Shown: one piece after another, positions 1-12,465 of the stretch
Layout of the letters: each line of letters starts with the position of its first letter
Numbering within the stretch: the stretch's first letter is position 1
NCBI RefSeq assembly: GCF_006345805.1
Contig: NC_042998.1
Location: 52,390,001 to 52,454,000 of the forward strand
Length of the DNA stretch: 64,000 nucleotides
Direction of reading: 5' to 3'
DNA from: Octopus sinensis
Taxonomy: Eukaryota
The notes under the pieces: model-generated
What the model was told of the DNA's origin: nothing
Seen by the model: the letters and a program-made list of their open reading frames with translations, nothing else
Databases searched by the model: none
Position numbers and translations under genes: made by a program

Positions 1-144
1 ATTTTGGGATAGGGAGCCAGTCAATTAGATCGATACCAGTATGCAACAGGTACTTAAGTTATCGACCCTGAAAGGATGAAAGGCAAAGTCGACCGTGGCA
101 GAATTTGAACTCAGAATTTAAAGATAGATGAAATACCAATTACT

Positions 145-370
145 TTACTGCCCACAGGGGGCTACACACAGAGGGGACAAACAAGGACAGACAAATGGAT
201 TAAGTCGATTACATCGACCCCAGTGCATAACTGGTACTTAATTTATCGATCCCGAAAGGATGAAAGGTAAAGTCGATCTCGGTGGAATTTGAACTCAGAA
301 CGTAACGGCAGACGAAATACTGCTAAGCATTTCGCCCGGTGTGCTAACATTTCTGCCAGCACACCACCTT
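145..370 (-). mobile_element. SINE family A (tRNA-like head AAGGCGGCGAGCTGGCAGAA; core GTCGACTTTGCCTTTCATCCTTTCGGGGTCGATAAA)
   Basis: Same ~225-bp sequence recurs about 20 times, e.g. 7078-7303, 8627-9045 (two), 10555-10740, 12515-12722, 15625-16050 (two), 18718-18940, 20593-21030 (two), 24240-24468, 34040-34270, 37870-38250, 57826-58020, 58460-58650, 60745-60955. Confidence 0.85.
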
Positions 371-720
371 CCTACCCCATCTATATTCCTACTCAACAAA
401 CACCTGCTCTTGCCCTTTTTTTTTTATACCAGTACCTGCCCCAAATATCATCATTAGCATGCCTTCCTGTCATTGTCCTCATCTCATTCATTCACTGCTC
501 CCTCCTTACATAACTCTATGGAGATGGCATGGTTGCAACTGAAATCACAAGTGTGTCTGCTAAATCTCAGCCATTTAACTTGGGGCTATAAAACAACAGC
601 TACACAACTGTCAGCACTATAATTATATACAGAGTAAAGATAACTAGAGCATAAACCACACACAATAAACATAGATATTTAGCAAAGCTATTAACGTCCT
701 TACTTACACTTTATTTATAT

Positions 721-751
721 TCACAGCACTTCAAACATGTGCTGAACAGAA
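721..751 (-). CDS. Terminal coding exon of unidentified minus-strand gene (..ISVQHMFEVL*)
   Basis: Acceptor ttcattctactcag|T; phase 2 matches the upstream exon 945-1003; in-frame TGA at 721-723; AATAAA at 710-715 on the minus strand. Confidence 0.6.
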
Positions 752-944
752 CTGAGTAGAATGAATCAACAGCTTAAGATATTTCATCATAAATTAGTCA
801 ACTGGACTTTCTTCTTATAGTTCTTTTCTACTTTTAACATTTATTATTTAATGTCCCTTTATATACTGAATAAAATTAAAAAGTAAATATCTAGTGAAAA
901 TATGCTTGTTTCTTGTTATCTGCTTGGAAATTCAAATAACTTAC

Positions 945-1003
945 ATGTAATAAATGCCATGAATAATTTTCCATGATTGCTTTTGAGGAATCCTGACTCT
1001 CAC
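945..1003 (-). CDS. Internal exon (VRVRIPQKQSWKIIHGIYY), phase 0 to 2
   Basis: ttcag| acceptor and |gtaagt donor; open frame; phases chain with both neighbours. Confidence 0.65.
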
Positions 1004-1011
1004 CTGAATTG

Positions 1012-1746
1012 TACATACATACATGCATACATAAATACATACATAAATGCATACATACATACATACATACATACATACATACATACATACATACATACAT
1101 ACATACATAAATGCATACATACATACATACATACATACATACATACATACATACATACATACATACATACATACATACATACATACATACATACATAAAT
1201 GCATACATACATGCATACATAATACATACATACATACATACATAAATACATACATAAATGCATACATACATACATGCATACATACATACATACATACATA
1301 CATAAATGCATGCATGCATAAATACATACATACATACATACATACATGCATACATACATACATACATACATGCATGCATACATACATACATGCATAAATG
1401 CATGCATACATACATACATACATACATACATACATAATACATATATACACATATGCACACATACATACATACATACATACATACATACATACATACATTC
1501 ATGTATACATACATGTATACATACATAATACATACATAATAGATACATGCATACATAATTACATACATACATACATACACACATAATATATACATACACA
1601 CACATACATACATACATACATACATGCATAGACGCATACATACATACCTACTTACATACATACACACATACACACATACACACACATACACACACACACA
1701 CATACATACATACATACATACATACATACATACATACATACATACA
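1012..1746. repeat. (TACA)n compound microsatellite
   Basis: About 730 bp of degenerate TACA/CA repeats between two exons. Confidence 0.95.
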
Positions 1747-1778
1747 TTTTAATTGTTGATGTGGAAAATGACAAATAC

Positions 1779-1864
1779 CTTTGCTTGACTATGAAGGAGT
1801 TTTTCATGGCCATTAGGCCTGCTACAAACAATAGCCAAATCTGCTTCAAACTCCACCATGATAT
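1779..1864 (-). CDS. Internal exon (IMVEFEADLAIVCSRPNGHEKLLHSQAK), phase 1 to 0
   Basis: Donor AAG|gtattt; acceptor ctaag| (weak; same-phase alternative gcag| would start at 1840); frame open. Confidence 0.6.
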
Positions 1865-2289
1865 CTTAGTATAACCATACACATTGTATAATATGGTTAT
1901 GGGTGCACTTTACCAGGGTAAAAGATGTGACAGTCAAAGCTGGAATACTTTTGGTCATAGGGCTAACTTGTCAGGGTTGACCTAGGCTAAACAAAAAGCA
2001 AATTCCTTTGCAATTAGTTCACTGACCAGGTATGAATTAGTACATTTCTCAGATGTACGAGACATCCTTAAAACTTGCACTTATGGAATGTAAACACGAG
2101 AAACTTAAAATCATGCTATGTCATTTAGTAGCAGTACACTTGATAGAGATTAATCTAATTTCAGAACTACACAGCAATAATATTCCTTAAGATAAATGAT
2201 AAACCACAGCAAATAACCATTGCTCATTTCAAGATTTTTAAAGAAATATAGAACCCTCACTGCCAGTGATAGACTCTTTCATTTTTTGT

Positions 2290-2706
2290 CTCTCTCTCTC
2301 TGTCTCTCTCTCACACACACACACATGCATGCACACACATACATGCACTCACACATGAATGCACACATGCATGCACACACAAACATGTACACACACATGC
2401 ATGAACACACATGCATGCACACACACATGCATGCACACACACATGAATGCACACATGCATGCACACACACATGCACACACACATGAATGCACACATGCAT
2501 GCACACACACATGAATGCACACATGCATGCACACACACATGAATGCACACATGCATGCACACACACATGCATGCACACACATGCATGCACACACACATGC
2601 ATGCACACACATACATGTACACACACATATGCATGCAAACACATGCATGCACACACATGCACATGCACACACAAACACTCATGCATGCACACACATACGC
2701 TTTCAT

Positions 2707-2758
<52 letters not shown>

Positions 2759-2760
2759 AG
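2290..2760. repeat. (CA)n / CACACATGCATG minisatellite
   Basis: Direct reading. Confidence 0.95.
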
Positions 2761-2816
2761 ACACAGACACTCGCAGTGTTGCAATATATACACCCAAATG
2801 ATAAGTGTTAAATTAC

Positions 2817-2931
2817 TTGGTCCTTTATGATTAGAAGAATCCATTGAAGAGATATCAGCTCTATTAATTTCAACAACTGGAGGAACGCATACTGTTGTAG
2901 CACTTATGCTTTCTCCAATGTTATTAGGAGA
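2817..2931 (-). CDS. Internal exon (SPNNIGESISATTVCVPPVVEINRADISSMDSSNHKGP), phase 0 to 1
   Basis: ttcatacag| acceptor, A|gtaatt donor, 115 bp open, in-frame stop just upstream fixes the acceptor. Confidence 0.65.
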
Positions 2932-3153
2932 CTGTATGAAATATCAACACTCTTAGATTTTAACTCAGTTCCCACCTTTTCCCCACAACAATTTGCCATC
3001 AATGATGATATAGCACTTTTATATTAAAGTGTTGTAATTCTAAGTTTGGAATCTTATGAAGAAGCATTAATTATGCATTAATTGACATTAGATAATATCT
3101 TGCTTGTTAGGGAGCAGCAAAATCTGCATGAAACCAATTCTGACAATACTTAC

Positions 3154-3203
3154 AGCAGAAAGCATTTCTGTGTTAAAGATCAGGCATCTGCTGAATAAGT
3201 TTC
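3154..3203 (-). CDS. Internal exon (NLFSRCLIFNTEMLSA), phase 1 to 0
   Basis: atttag| acceptor, |gtaagt donor, 50 bp open, phase-compatible with 2817-2931. Confidence 0.65.
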
Positions 3204-3395
3204 CTAAATGCTAATGCTGAGCAAGATAAATGATAACTATCAATTTAAAAGGTAAGCTCTAATTTACAGTTAAACTTATGATCTTTGCATAATTTAATCA
3301 TAAGGTGATTAGAAAACAAAAGTTTAATTTACTGCATTGCCAGCTTTCCTTATGAAGTATAGCCTAGATGCTACAGGTTTCCCTTACCTGCTTCA

Positions 3396-4953
3396 CCCTT
3401 TCGTTACCAACCCGGCTGAAACCGGCTCTGGCTCTGAGTACAAATGTCTTGTTTTCATAAGTTTTGAATTAAAATCTTCCACCAAACCTTAGTCACAATT
3501 TATGTTCCTAACATTAGTTGAATGATAACTAAGTTATTTTACTAAATTTTTTGTTATCATCATCATCATCATCATCATCGTTTAACGTCTGCTTTCCATG
3601 CTAGCATGGGTTGGACGGTTCAACTGGGGTCTGGGAAGCCCGAAGGTTGCACCAGGCCAGTCAGATCTGGCAGTGTTTCTACAGCTGGATGCCCTTCCTA
3701 ACGCCCACCACTCCGTGAGTGTAGTGGGTGCTTTTTATGTGTCATCGACACAGGTGCCAGATGAGGCTGGCGAACGGCCATGCTCGGATGGTGTTTTTTA
3801 TGTGCCACGGACACAGGTGCCAGACGAGGCTGGCGAACGGCCACGCTCGGATGGTGTTTTTTACATCCCACCCGCACGGAGGCCAGTCGATGCAGTACTG
3901 GCTACGGCCACGTTCGGATGGTTTTCTTATGTGCCACCGGCACTGGTACCACAAAACTACAAATTCCATTGATGTTCATCGATTTTGATTTGATTTGATT
4001 TTCACTTGCCTCAACAGGTCTTCACAAGTAGAGTTATGTGTCCCAAGAAGGAAGGTATGCACAGGTGGACTGACTACATCCCAGGTAGGGGCCATGTCCT
4101 GCCGGGTCTTCTCGCGCATAGCATACTTCCAAAGGTCTCGGTCTCTGGTCATTTCCTCGGTGAGACCTAAAGCACGAAGGTCGTGCTTCACCACCTCATC
4201 CCAGGTTTTCCTGGGTCTACCTCTTCCACAGGTTCCCTCAACCGCTAGGGTGTGGCACTTTTTCACACAACTATCTTCATCCATTCTTACTACGTGTCCA
4301 TACCAGCGTAGACGCCTCTCTTGCACACCACATCTGATGCTTCTTAGGTCCAATTTTTCTCTCAAGGCACTTACACTCTGTCGGGTATGAACACTGACAT
4401 TACACATCCAACGGAGCATACTGGCTTCATTTCTTGCGAGCTTACACATACCCTCAGCAGTCACGGCCCATGTTTCACTGCCATGTAGCATGGCTGTTCG
4501 CACACATGCTTCATACAGTCTGCCTTTTACTCTGAGCGAGAGGCCTTTTGTCACCAGCAGAGGTAAGAGCTCTCTGAACTTTGCCCAGGCTATTCTTACT
4601 CTAGCCATTACACTTTCAGCACACCCACCCCCGCTACTGACTTGGTCACCTAGGTAACGGAAACTATCAACTATTTCAAGTTTTTCTCCCTGGAATGTGG
4701 CGGAAGATGGTCTCTGCGCATTTTCAGTCTTTATTGAACCAGAGCATCTGCCACATACAAAAACTATCTTCCTAGTTAGCCTTCCTTTGACATTGCTGTA
4801 CCTCTTATGTGTCCATAGCTTACACTTGGTGCATCTTATAGAGTTCCTACCTACACCTTTTCTACAGATTGAGCAGGGCCATCTACCTGAAGGCTATTTA
4901 AAGTAATTGAAAGAAACACAGAGCATCTCAAAATAAATACAATAATGAAAGGG
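3396..4953. mobile_element. piggyBac-like MITE (TTAA|CCCTTTCGTTAC..GTAATGAAAGGG|TTAA) split by an RTE insertion
   Basis: Left half 3396-3557, right half 4896-4953; an internally deleted sister copy lies at 46272-46416; TTAA|CCCT termini are the piggyBac signature. Confidence 0.7.
3558..4895 (-). mobile_element. 5'-truncated RTE-clade LINE: open frame 4893-3976 (PHD-like Cys/His cluster plus RT C-terminus), 3'UTR and (GAT)n tail
   Basis: Translation includes SFRYLG, AWAKFRELLPLL, AMLHGSETW, RLRWYGHVVRM, GRGRPRKTW; tail reads (CAT)n on + at 3558. Confidence 0.9.
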
Positions 4954-4999
4954 TTAAGCCAGCAAGACTAGACTGAGGGTACAGTAAAAGGCCTGATGG

Positions 5000-5715
5000 T
5001 ATGACACTTTTCCCATTCTGTGGTGGTAGGCACCTAATCTGGGATGCCATTTGCGGTGACACCTTCTCCAGCAGCAACTTGGTGTGTTCAACTGCCAGTT
5101 CAGGCTCCACTGCTTGTCAAACTGAGAAAAGCAAACTGTCAAAGATTCGTGGTTGAGCTTGTGGCAGTGAGGAACACCAGTGTTCTTACCTCCTGCACAT
5201 CAGGCTATCAGGGTAGATGCTTGTCTACAAGTGCAACTTAGTGCATTCAGCTACCAGCCCAGGTTCTGCTGCATGTCAGGCTGAGAAAAACAAACTATCA
5301 AAGTATCAATCAGTCACTCTCCAACAGGTTTATAGTCAAGCCTGTGACAAGTGAGACCCCCCCACCGGCATTTTTGCACCCCCCTCTCCCAACCATCTCC
5401 CTGCTCACTGCTATTGGGGCAGAGATGGCTATCTGCAAGTGCAACTAGGTGTATTCAACTACCAGCCCAGGCTCCACTGCTCATCAAGCTGAGAAAAGCA
5501 AACTGTCAAAGTATCAGTTGCTCTCTGACAGGTTTATGGTTGAGACTGTGGCAGTGGGGACCTCAGATGTTCTTGACCCCCAGACCATATCCCTACTCAC
5601 TACTACTGGGGCAGAGGTAACTGTTTACAAGTGTAAGCCCCATGAGTCAGAGTGGCTGTACTAGCACATCTCTCTCGCCATCACCCGGGACATGCCTTTT
5701 CCATTTTGTCTGGAA
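5000..5715 (+). mobile_element. Decayed 3' end of a CRE-like (restriction-like endonuclease) non-LTR element, segment present three times
   Basis: Residual motifs LIWDAICGDTFS, AHQAEKSKLSKY, FMVETVAVGT, ISLAITRG..FSIL; related copies at 31495-31950 (+) and 38300-38640 (-). Confidence 0.7.
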
Positions 5716-5741
5716 AATTTACTCTGTTTACATATATATAC

Positions 5742-6045
5742 ATGGAGGCACATGACCTAGTGGTTAGAGCAGCAGACTCGCAGTTGAGGGATCATGGATT
5801 TGAATCTCAGACCAGGCGATATTTGTGTTTATGAGTGAAACACCTAAGCTCCACACGGCTCTGGCAGAAGGTAATGGCGAACTTCTGCTGACTCTTTCAC
5901 CACAACTTTCTCTCACTCTTCCCTCCTGCATCTAGCAGCTCACCTGTGATGGATTGGCATCCTATCCAGGTGAGGAACCTATATGACAATGAAAATGGGA
6001 AACCAGCCTTTATGAGCCAGGCATGGCTCGAGAAGTAACAAGCAA
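5742..6045 (+). mobile_element. SINE family C (tRNA head GGC(G/A)CATGGC(C/T)(T/C)AGTGGTTAG; CORE-like CTTGAGCAA(G/A)ACACTT)
   Basis: Related copies at about 6228-6480, 9090-9345, 10137-10495(-), 24770-25062(-), 32812-33058, 43222-43562, 44630-44870, 49990-50250(-), 51722-52035(-), 60062-60375(-), 62558-62850; probably several subfamilies. Confidence 0.75.
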
Positions 6046-8139
6046 CAACACCTCTATATACATACTCACCCCGTGTGTTCCCAGACCAGACCTTTTCTCC
6101 TATATTTTTTCTCCTCTATCTTTTCTTCTTTCCTCAACTTCTTCCAACCCCTATATAATTATAATTCTTGGTGAGATTCTTTCATTTCAGTTTGAAATTC
6201 AAAAGATGAAACAAGTGTCATTTTGTGTAAGTGGGTGGCCTTGTGGCTTAGTGGCTAAGGTGTTGCACTCATGATTCCAAGATCGTGGGTTTGATTCCCA
6301 GCCTGGGCAGTGTGTTGTGTTTCTGGAACAACAAATATCATTTCATGTTGCTCTTTGATCACTTCAACATGTGGTACACCATGCACCTGTACAGGCAATG
6401 TCAATTTGATGGAGGGAGTGAGATAATGAGCAGGGCAAACATTTCATCACCATGAATAAACATCAGTGCAGGTTGTTCAGTAGGAAATTGCAGAACTGTC
6501 TTTCTTTGACTTGAGAGATAATCCTTAATTATTGTGCAATTATTCAAATATCAAGTGTAAATGGCTGCAGAGAGCTGGTATCATAATAATGTAGTCTTAA
6601 ATAAATACACTATTTCTGAAATAATGATGGTTTGGTTGTAGTTTGATTGATTTACCTTTGATCATAGGTTGGCTCAATCAAACTGACCTGGGATTGAATA
6701 AAATAATAGAGAACCTGGACAGCCAGTTCAAGCACTTTGTTTATTATGTAATACATCTGTTTTATCATAATATATATATATTTCTGCTTACTTTTTTGTT
6801 TCTGCTTTTGTTATTCAATTACCATTTTCAACATTTTTTCAATGTAACATTGAATATATGGAACACTAACCAAATACTTTTATTCAAATACACACACACA
6901 CATGCATGCCTGCAAACACACACACATGTAGAGCACTGCCCATCAACTTATAACAGATGAACTGTAGACAGGGACCTTCACTTCAGGCTAACTATCAAGT
7001 CACTCCACAAAGAGGTGATTCCATTTAGGCAGTAAAAGGGACAGTGGGTTTAAGATGGTCAATTATACTAATTTTTTTACTACTCACAAGGGGACTAAAC
7101 ACAGAGGGTACAAACAAAGACAGACAAATGGATTAAGTCGATTACATCGACCCCAGTGCGCAACTGGTACTTATTTAATCGACCCTGAAAGGATAAAAGG
7201 CAAAGTTAACCTCGGCAGAATTTGAACTCAGAACATAACGGCAGACGAAATACCGATAAGCATTTCGCCCGGCGTGCTGACGTTTCTGCCAGCTCACCAC
7301 CTTTGGCCAATTATACTATCCCTCACAGTGTAAATGATTTAAGTAGAATAAACAATATTTTGACAATCTCTTGTTTATGATTATTTTTATGTATAGTTTA
7401 ACAAAGTTATACAATCCCCCCCCACACACACACACGTGTAATAATGCCTTTAAATCTATTGCAAAAACTGGATTATTCCTTGTGCTCTTGTACCATTCTT
7501 TCATTTAATGTACTCTTAAATGGTTTTGACTGATCAAAGTCAATTTATCCTGCAGCAATATTGCCACTTCTTTAGTTTCAAAGCATTTTAAAATTAATAT
7601 CTACTGAGTATTGATCTTGCATATTTAGGGTGAAACAAACAGATTTACAATCATTAGATTCTTTGATAAACATCTGTGAATTCTCCGTTCCAAAGTTCTT
7701 CTTTGGTTGTCTTAATTTAAATTTCACCAATATCCAGAAATGAAAGTTTGATAGTTTAAAGGAAGCAACTGACCTTTAAAATTAGATTTAACCTGTAATA
7801 CTTTTACAATAGATTAAAAGGATTATAAAGAAAGAGAAGACAATCAAATTAGAGGTGATTAATGAGTTCATCTCACTTTAGCTGCAGCAAATGAGACAAA
7901 ATGATGGAAAAGAATACAGCTGCTTTAGAAAGTTATTGAATGTCTTAGTCTATCCCACTTTTATAGAAAGAGAGGAACTGATAATAAATAAACTAACACT
8001 GGATACTGACGATGGTGAAGTTGAGGAAGAGGAATGATTGTGTTGATGATTTTAATAATGATTTCATAAATTATTATTAAATTCTTGATGATTACTGATA
8101 TTTATGATTATGCATTGTATATGATCTACAGAAATATAC

Positions 8140-8390
8140 AAGGACCAACTCAAGCAACTCTGAAAGCCACTGGAATTGAGCCTAAATCATTTGGAACGAA
8201 AACTCAAGACTGTACCAAGTGGTAGTGTTCCATCACCACCAGAACCAAAAATTTTGAAGCCACCAGAATAGAAAGAGAAGAAATCAAATGACAGAAGAGA
8301 AAGGTTCTCCACCAACATTACCATGCAGTCAATGCCGTCTACTCTTCTATGCAAGAATTGGTCTACAGAGTCATCAATGCCATCATCATA
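8140..8390 (+). mobile_element. Decayed RTE/BovB-type LINE 3' end
   Basis: LKATGIEPKSF..TKW..NFEATRIEREE..RIGLQSH with in-frame stops; resembles the BovB C-terminal region. Confidence 0.6.
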
Positions 8391-9839
8391 AAGAAAGTGT
8401 TCAGCAAAGAAAAAACTAAATTCTCGGATACGAGATATATCTTAATGAAGAAGGTAAAAAGAAAGAAAACAGACATCTTTTGGCAATGCACTTGAAATAT
8501 AAATATTTTCTTAAACATTCCACATTGTCAGAAGCTTTCTATTTTCTCTCTTTTTACCTTCTTTGATATTACAATGCTTCAAGCAAACTACAATACTCAT
8601 ATATCTTAATATTTTCTTATGTATAAAGCAGTGAGCTGGTAGAATCATTAGCATGTCGATTAAAATGCTTAACTGCATTTCAGAACAACATTGCCTTTGA
8701 TCCTTTTGGGGCCAATTAAAAAAAGTACCAGTTGAGCACTGGGGTTGATGTAATTGACTTACCCCCTCTCCTGAAATTGTTAGTCTTGTGCCAAAATTTG
8801 AAATCAATATTTCCCTTCTGTATAAGGCACTGAGTTGGCAGAGTTGCCAGCATATCAGGCAAAATGCTTAGCAGCATTTTGTCCATCTTTACATTCTGAG
8901 CTCGAATACTACCGAGATTGACCTTGCCTTTCATCCTTCCAGAGTTGATAATAAAATAAGTAACAGTTGAGTACTGGGGTTGATGTAATCAACTTAGCCC
9001 CTTTCTAGAAACTGCTGGTCTGCTACCAAAATCTGAAACCAGTATTTTTTTTTAGCCTTTTATATCTTTTATCCTTTATCTTTTATGAAGGCATATAGCC
9101 TAGCAGTTAGGTTGTTGCACTCATGACTGCTTGATTGCGGGTTCAGTTCCCTGATTGGGTGGCATGTTGTGTTCTTGAGCAAAACACTTCTTTTCAGGTT
9201 GCTCCAGTCCCCCTTTCGATTGGTGGGAATGTTGACTTGCTTGCCTAGCCAGTAGGGTGGCATCATTTGAAGGCTGAACCAATACAAAAAGCACATTGTG
9301 ACCGGAGATGTGTAACAACATCTGATAATGTGGTCAGTCATGGTAGAATAATCATTTATCTTTTACTTGTTCCAGTCACTAGACTGTGGCCATGCTGGGG
9401 CATTTCCTTGAGGGATTTTAGTTGAACGGATCAACCCCAATATTTATTTTTTTAAAGTCTGGTACTTATTCTATTTGTCTGTTTTACTGAACCCCTAGGT
9501 TACAGGGATGTAAACACACCAACACTGGTTGTCAAATGCGGGTGAGGGCAAATACAGAGACAAAGATACACACACACTACAGAATTCTTTCAGTTTCTAT
9601 CTACCAAATCCGCACACAAGGTGGTGGTGGTGGTAATATCTCCGGTTTGAACCAACTACCAATCACTATGTGTGTGTTTATATGTACACATATGTATAAT
9701 GTACATACAAATGCAAATTAGATGGCTTCTAGAGGATCCAGGTTAATAACTGAAAACCCCTTCAATTGAAAATCTGGTTATGATCAGAATGGTATTCTTT
9801 TCTCTGAATTTCTGTTTCCAGTAACGCAACAGATCAGCT

Positions 9840-10055
9840 CTTGAGCATTGAGAAAACTCTGTCAAATCTGCTGCTTATTTATTTACATTGTTTTGAATTA
9901 ATCATGCATTATATAGTATCTTCTAGATTTCAATGCTGGAATTATTTGATTTTAGAATGACATTCTAGAACAGGTGTGAGACCCCAGATTTCGCCAGCTT
10001 GAACATGATAGGTAGAATGTTTGGGCCAGATATGACTAGTTTAAATGCTAAAGGG
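9840..10055. mobile_element. piggyBac-like MITE family 2 (ends AATGCTAAAGGG|TTAA)
   Basis: Other copies at about 16205-16676, 31105-31248, 38690-39080, 48760-49580 (internal tandem units plus a SINE), 52968-53415, 54775-55265. Confidence 0.65.
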
Positions 10056-12182
10056 TTAAATAGGTATATTAAGTGAATATTTAAAAGTTTTGTTTTTTCT
10101 TGCTTTTTTCATTTTTTTAAACTTTTTTTTTTTGAAATGACAGTTCAAACCACATCTTGTGGTGTGGTGACCCCCTTTGGTCAGACACTGACCATGGGTT
10201 TGCACCTAGAGAGTTACCATCTGAGGCACAAGTCTAGGCAAAGTTGTTTTATGGAAGACCAGCAGTCGCCCATGCATACCGGCCTCCCCTCTCCACGTCA
10301 CCAATGTTGTCCAAGGGAAAGGCAAGGGCCGATACAGCTTGACACCTGTGACGTCGCAACTCATTTCTACAGCTGAGTGAACTGGAGCAACGTGAAATAA
10401 AGTGTTTTGCTCAAGAACACAACACGCAGCCCGGTCCGGGATTCGAGCTCACAACCTCACGATCGTAAGCTCGACGCTCTAACCACTGAGCCATCTTATA
10501 AATAAGGAAGATAATGTCATCTTAGATATCCATTCTAATATAGGTACAAGACCAGAAATTTTTTTGCAAGGAAAGAAGGTAATCAATTACATTGACAATT
10601 AAGTGGTATTTATCTCATCAATCTCAAAAGGGTGAAAGGCTAAGCTGACCTTGTCAGAATTTGGACTCAGAATGTTAAGCCAGAAGAAATGTTACTAAGC
10701 ATTTTGTCTGACATACTAATGATTCTGCCATCTTACTGCCATAATGTTTTGTCTTAGATACAACATCATCATTATCACCATTTAATGTCTGTTTTCCATG
10801 CTGGCATGGGTTGGATTGTTTGACAGGAGCTGATGAGCCAGGCTCCAGTTGTCTGTTATGGCATGGTTTCTATGGCTGGATGCCCTTCCTAATGCCAACC
10901 ACTTTACAGAGTGTACTGAGTGCTCTATGTGGCACCACATGGGTGCTTTTATATGACACTGACATGGGTGCTCTTATGTGGCATCAGCACCCATGAGTTC
11001 ACAAGACAAGGACTTCTCAGCTGAGAGAGGGAATGGTGGGAGCATGGCCATAAAGGACATACCTGTATGTATGGATGGCCACGATTTTAAGATGTAATAG
11101 TTATAGCTTGTTAGTTCAATCGAGACTGAGTTAGGGCTAAATGAAAATAATCTTAGCGCTAAGAGTGAACCTGCAAATCCTTTATCACAACTTATAAAGT
11201 TCAATACAGTTACTTACATAGAACACATTTAGGTTCATGTTTTATGGCAAAACTTATCTAATTCACTTTTCATTCTTTGAAATTTACCTGACAGCATTTA
11301 AAAGTTGTTTTTTTTTCTGTATAATATCGGTTTCTATGCATAAGTATCTTTCTATGAATACATAAATGGTAAAAACGTTGATGGAAAATATTAAGTATAA
11401 CAAGTAAACTTACTTACTCTTACTTTTTATTCGCTTTTCTATCTCAGATTAGCTTTGACACATTTACTTTACCAAATTCCTTATTCTTTGGAAAACCTTC
11501 CTCAAAATGGCATATTGGATAATGTTAAGCACGACAATTAAACTTACTGACACCTTTTATTCATGCTTTCAAATCAGAATAGCTCTAACACACTTAATTT
11601 CTCAAATTCTTGTTCTTTGGAAAGAAATCTTTCTCAAACATGAAGAAAAATATCAGAAGAATAGATAAAGATATTGAAATCAATGCAAATTTCAATATAT
11701 TTATCATAGTTGCATTAAAAACTCAACCTTATCCTAGGTGTTCTAATGTGTGGCATGAGGGCTAGAGTGTTTAGCTCATAATCCTAATGCCATGTGTTCA
11801 ATTTCTAGTGCAGATAGCACATAGTGTCCTTGAGCAAGGAATACCATTTCACATTGCTTCAGTCTACTCAATTATAATGATTACCAGCATGTTTATCATC
11901 CTCCAGCCGTCGCATCCTGGATATTTCTCTGGATTGAGAGTAAGTGACCGAGAAGGTGTATATGTTTGTTTGGGACTACATAGGTACCTGAAACAATTGG
12001 TGTAAGCTTGGTACATGTTACCCTACCATATTTACTCAGGAATTATGGTTAGCTGCATTGTACTGTATTCATCACACTCAAAATGTCATTATTTTAACCT
12101 TATACAGTGTTCTTATTTATAAAATGTTGGGGAATTTCATGGGCAAAGTCACTATAATTATTATTTTGAATGCTGAATACAT

Positions 12183-12465
12183 TGGTACTAGGACAAAATC
12201 CCTCACCAAGGAAAAAATTTCCACTGGACAAAATCCCCCCAGATAAGATCCACCCCCAGACAAAATACCACTGGACAAAATCCCCACTGGTAGTCAATAT
12301 CCCCTGGGATATTATTCTTTCTTTACAACAAAAATATTTTAGGAAAGTGAAATTTTGTAAAAGTATTTCAAATATTTATTTGTTGATATTTCTGCATAAA
12401 ATTTGTTCAGCAGGACTTTCTTTGTCCTTGGGGGATTTTGTCCTGAGGGGTATTTTGTCCAGATA
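12183..12465. mobile_element. Non-autonomous DNA transposon, probably MULE
   Basis: Inverted GGACAAAAT(C/A)CCC subterminal repeats at both ends; 10-bp direct repeat CTGAATACAT at 12173-12182 and 12466-12475. Confidence 0.65.

Noticed and set aside
891-2844. Long ORFs such as MYVCMYVC.. and HTHMHAH..
   Set aside because: Translations of (TACA)n and (CA)n microsatellites; open in several frames on both strands
11218-11287. Minus-strand segment with cag| and |gtaagt sites (GKFQRMKSELDKF..)
   Set aside because: I could not confirm a stop-free, phase-consistent frame over the full span by eye
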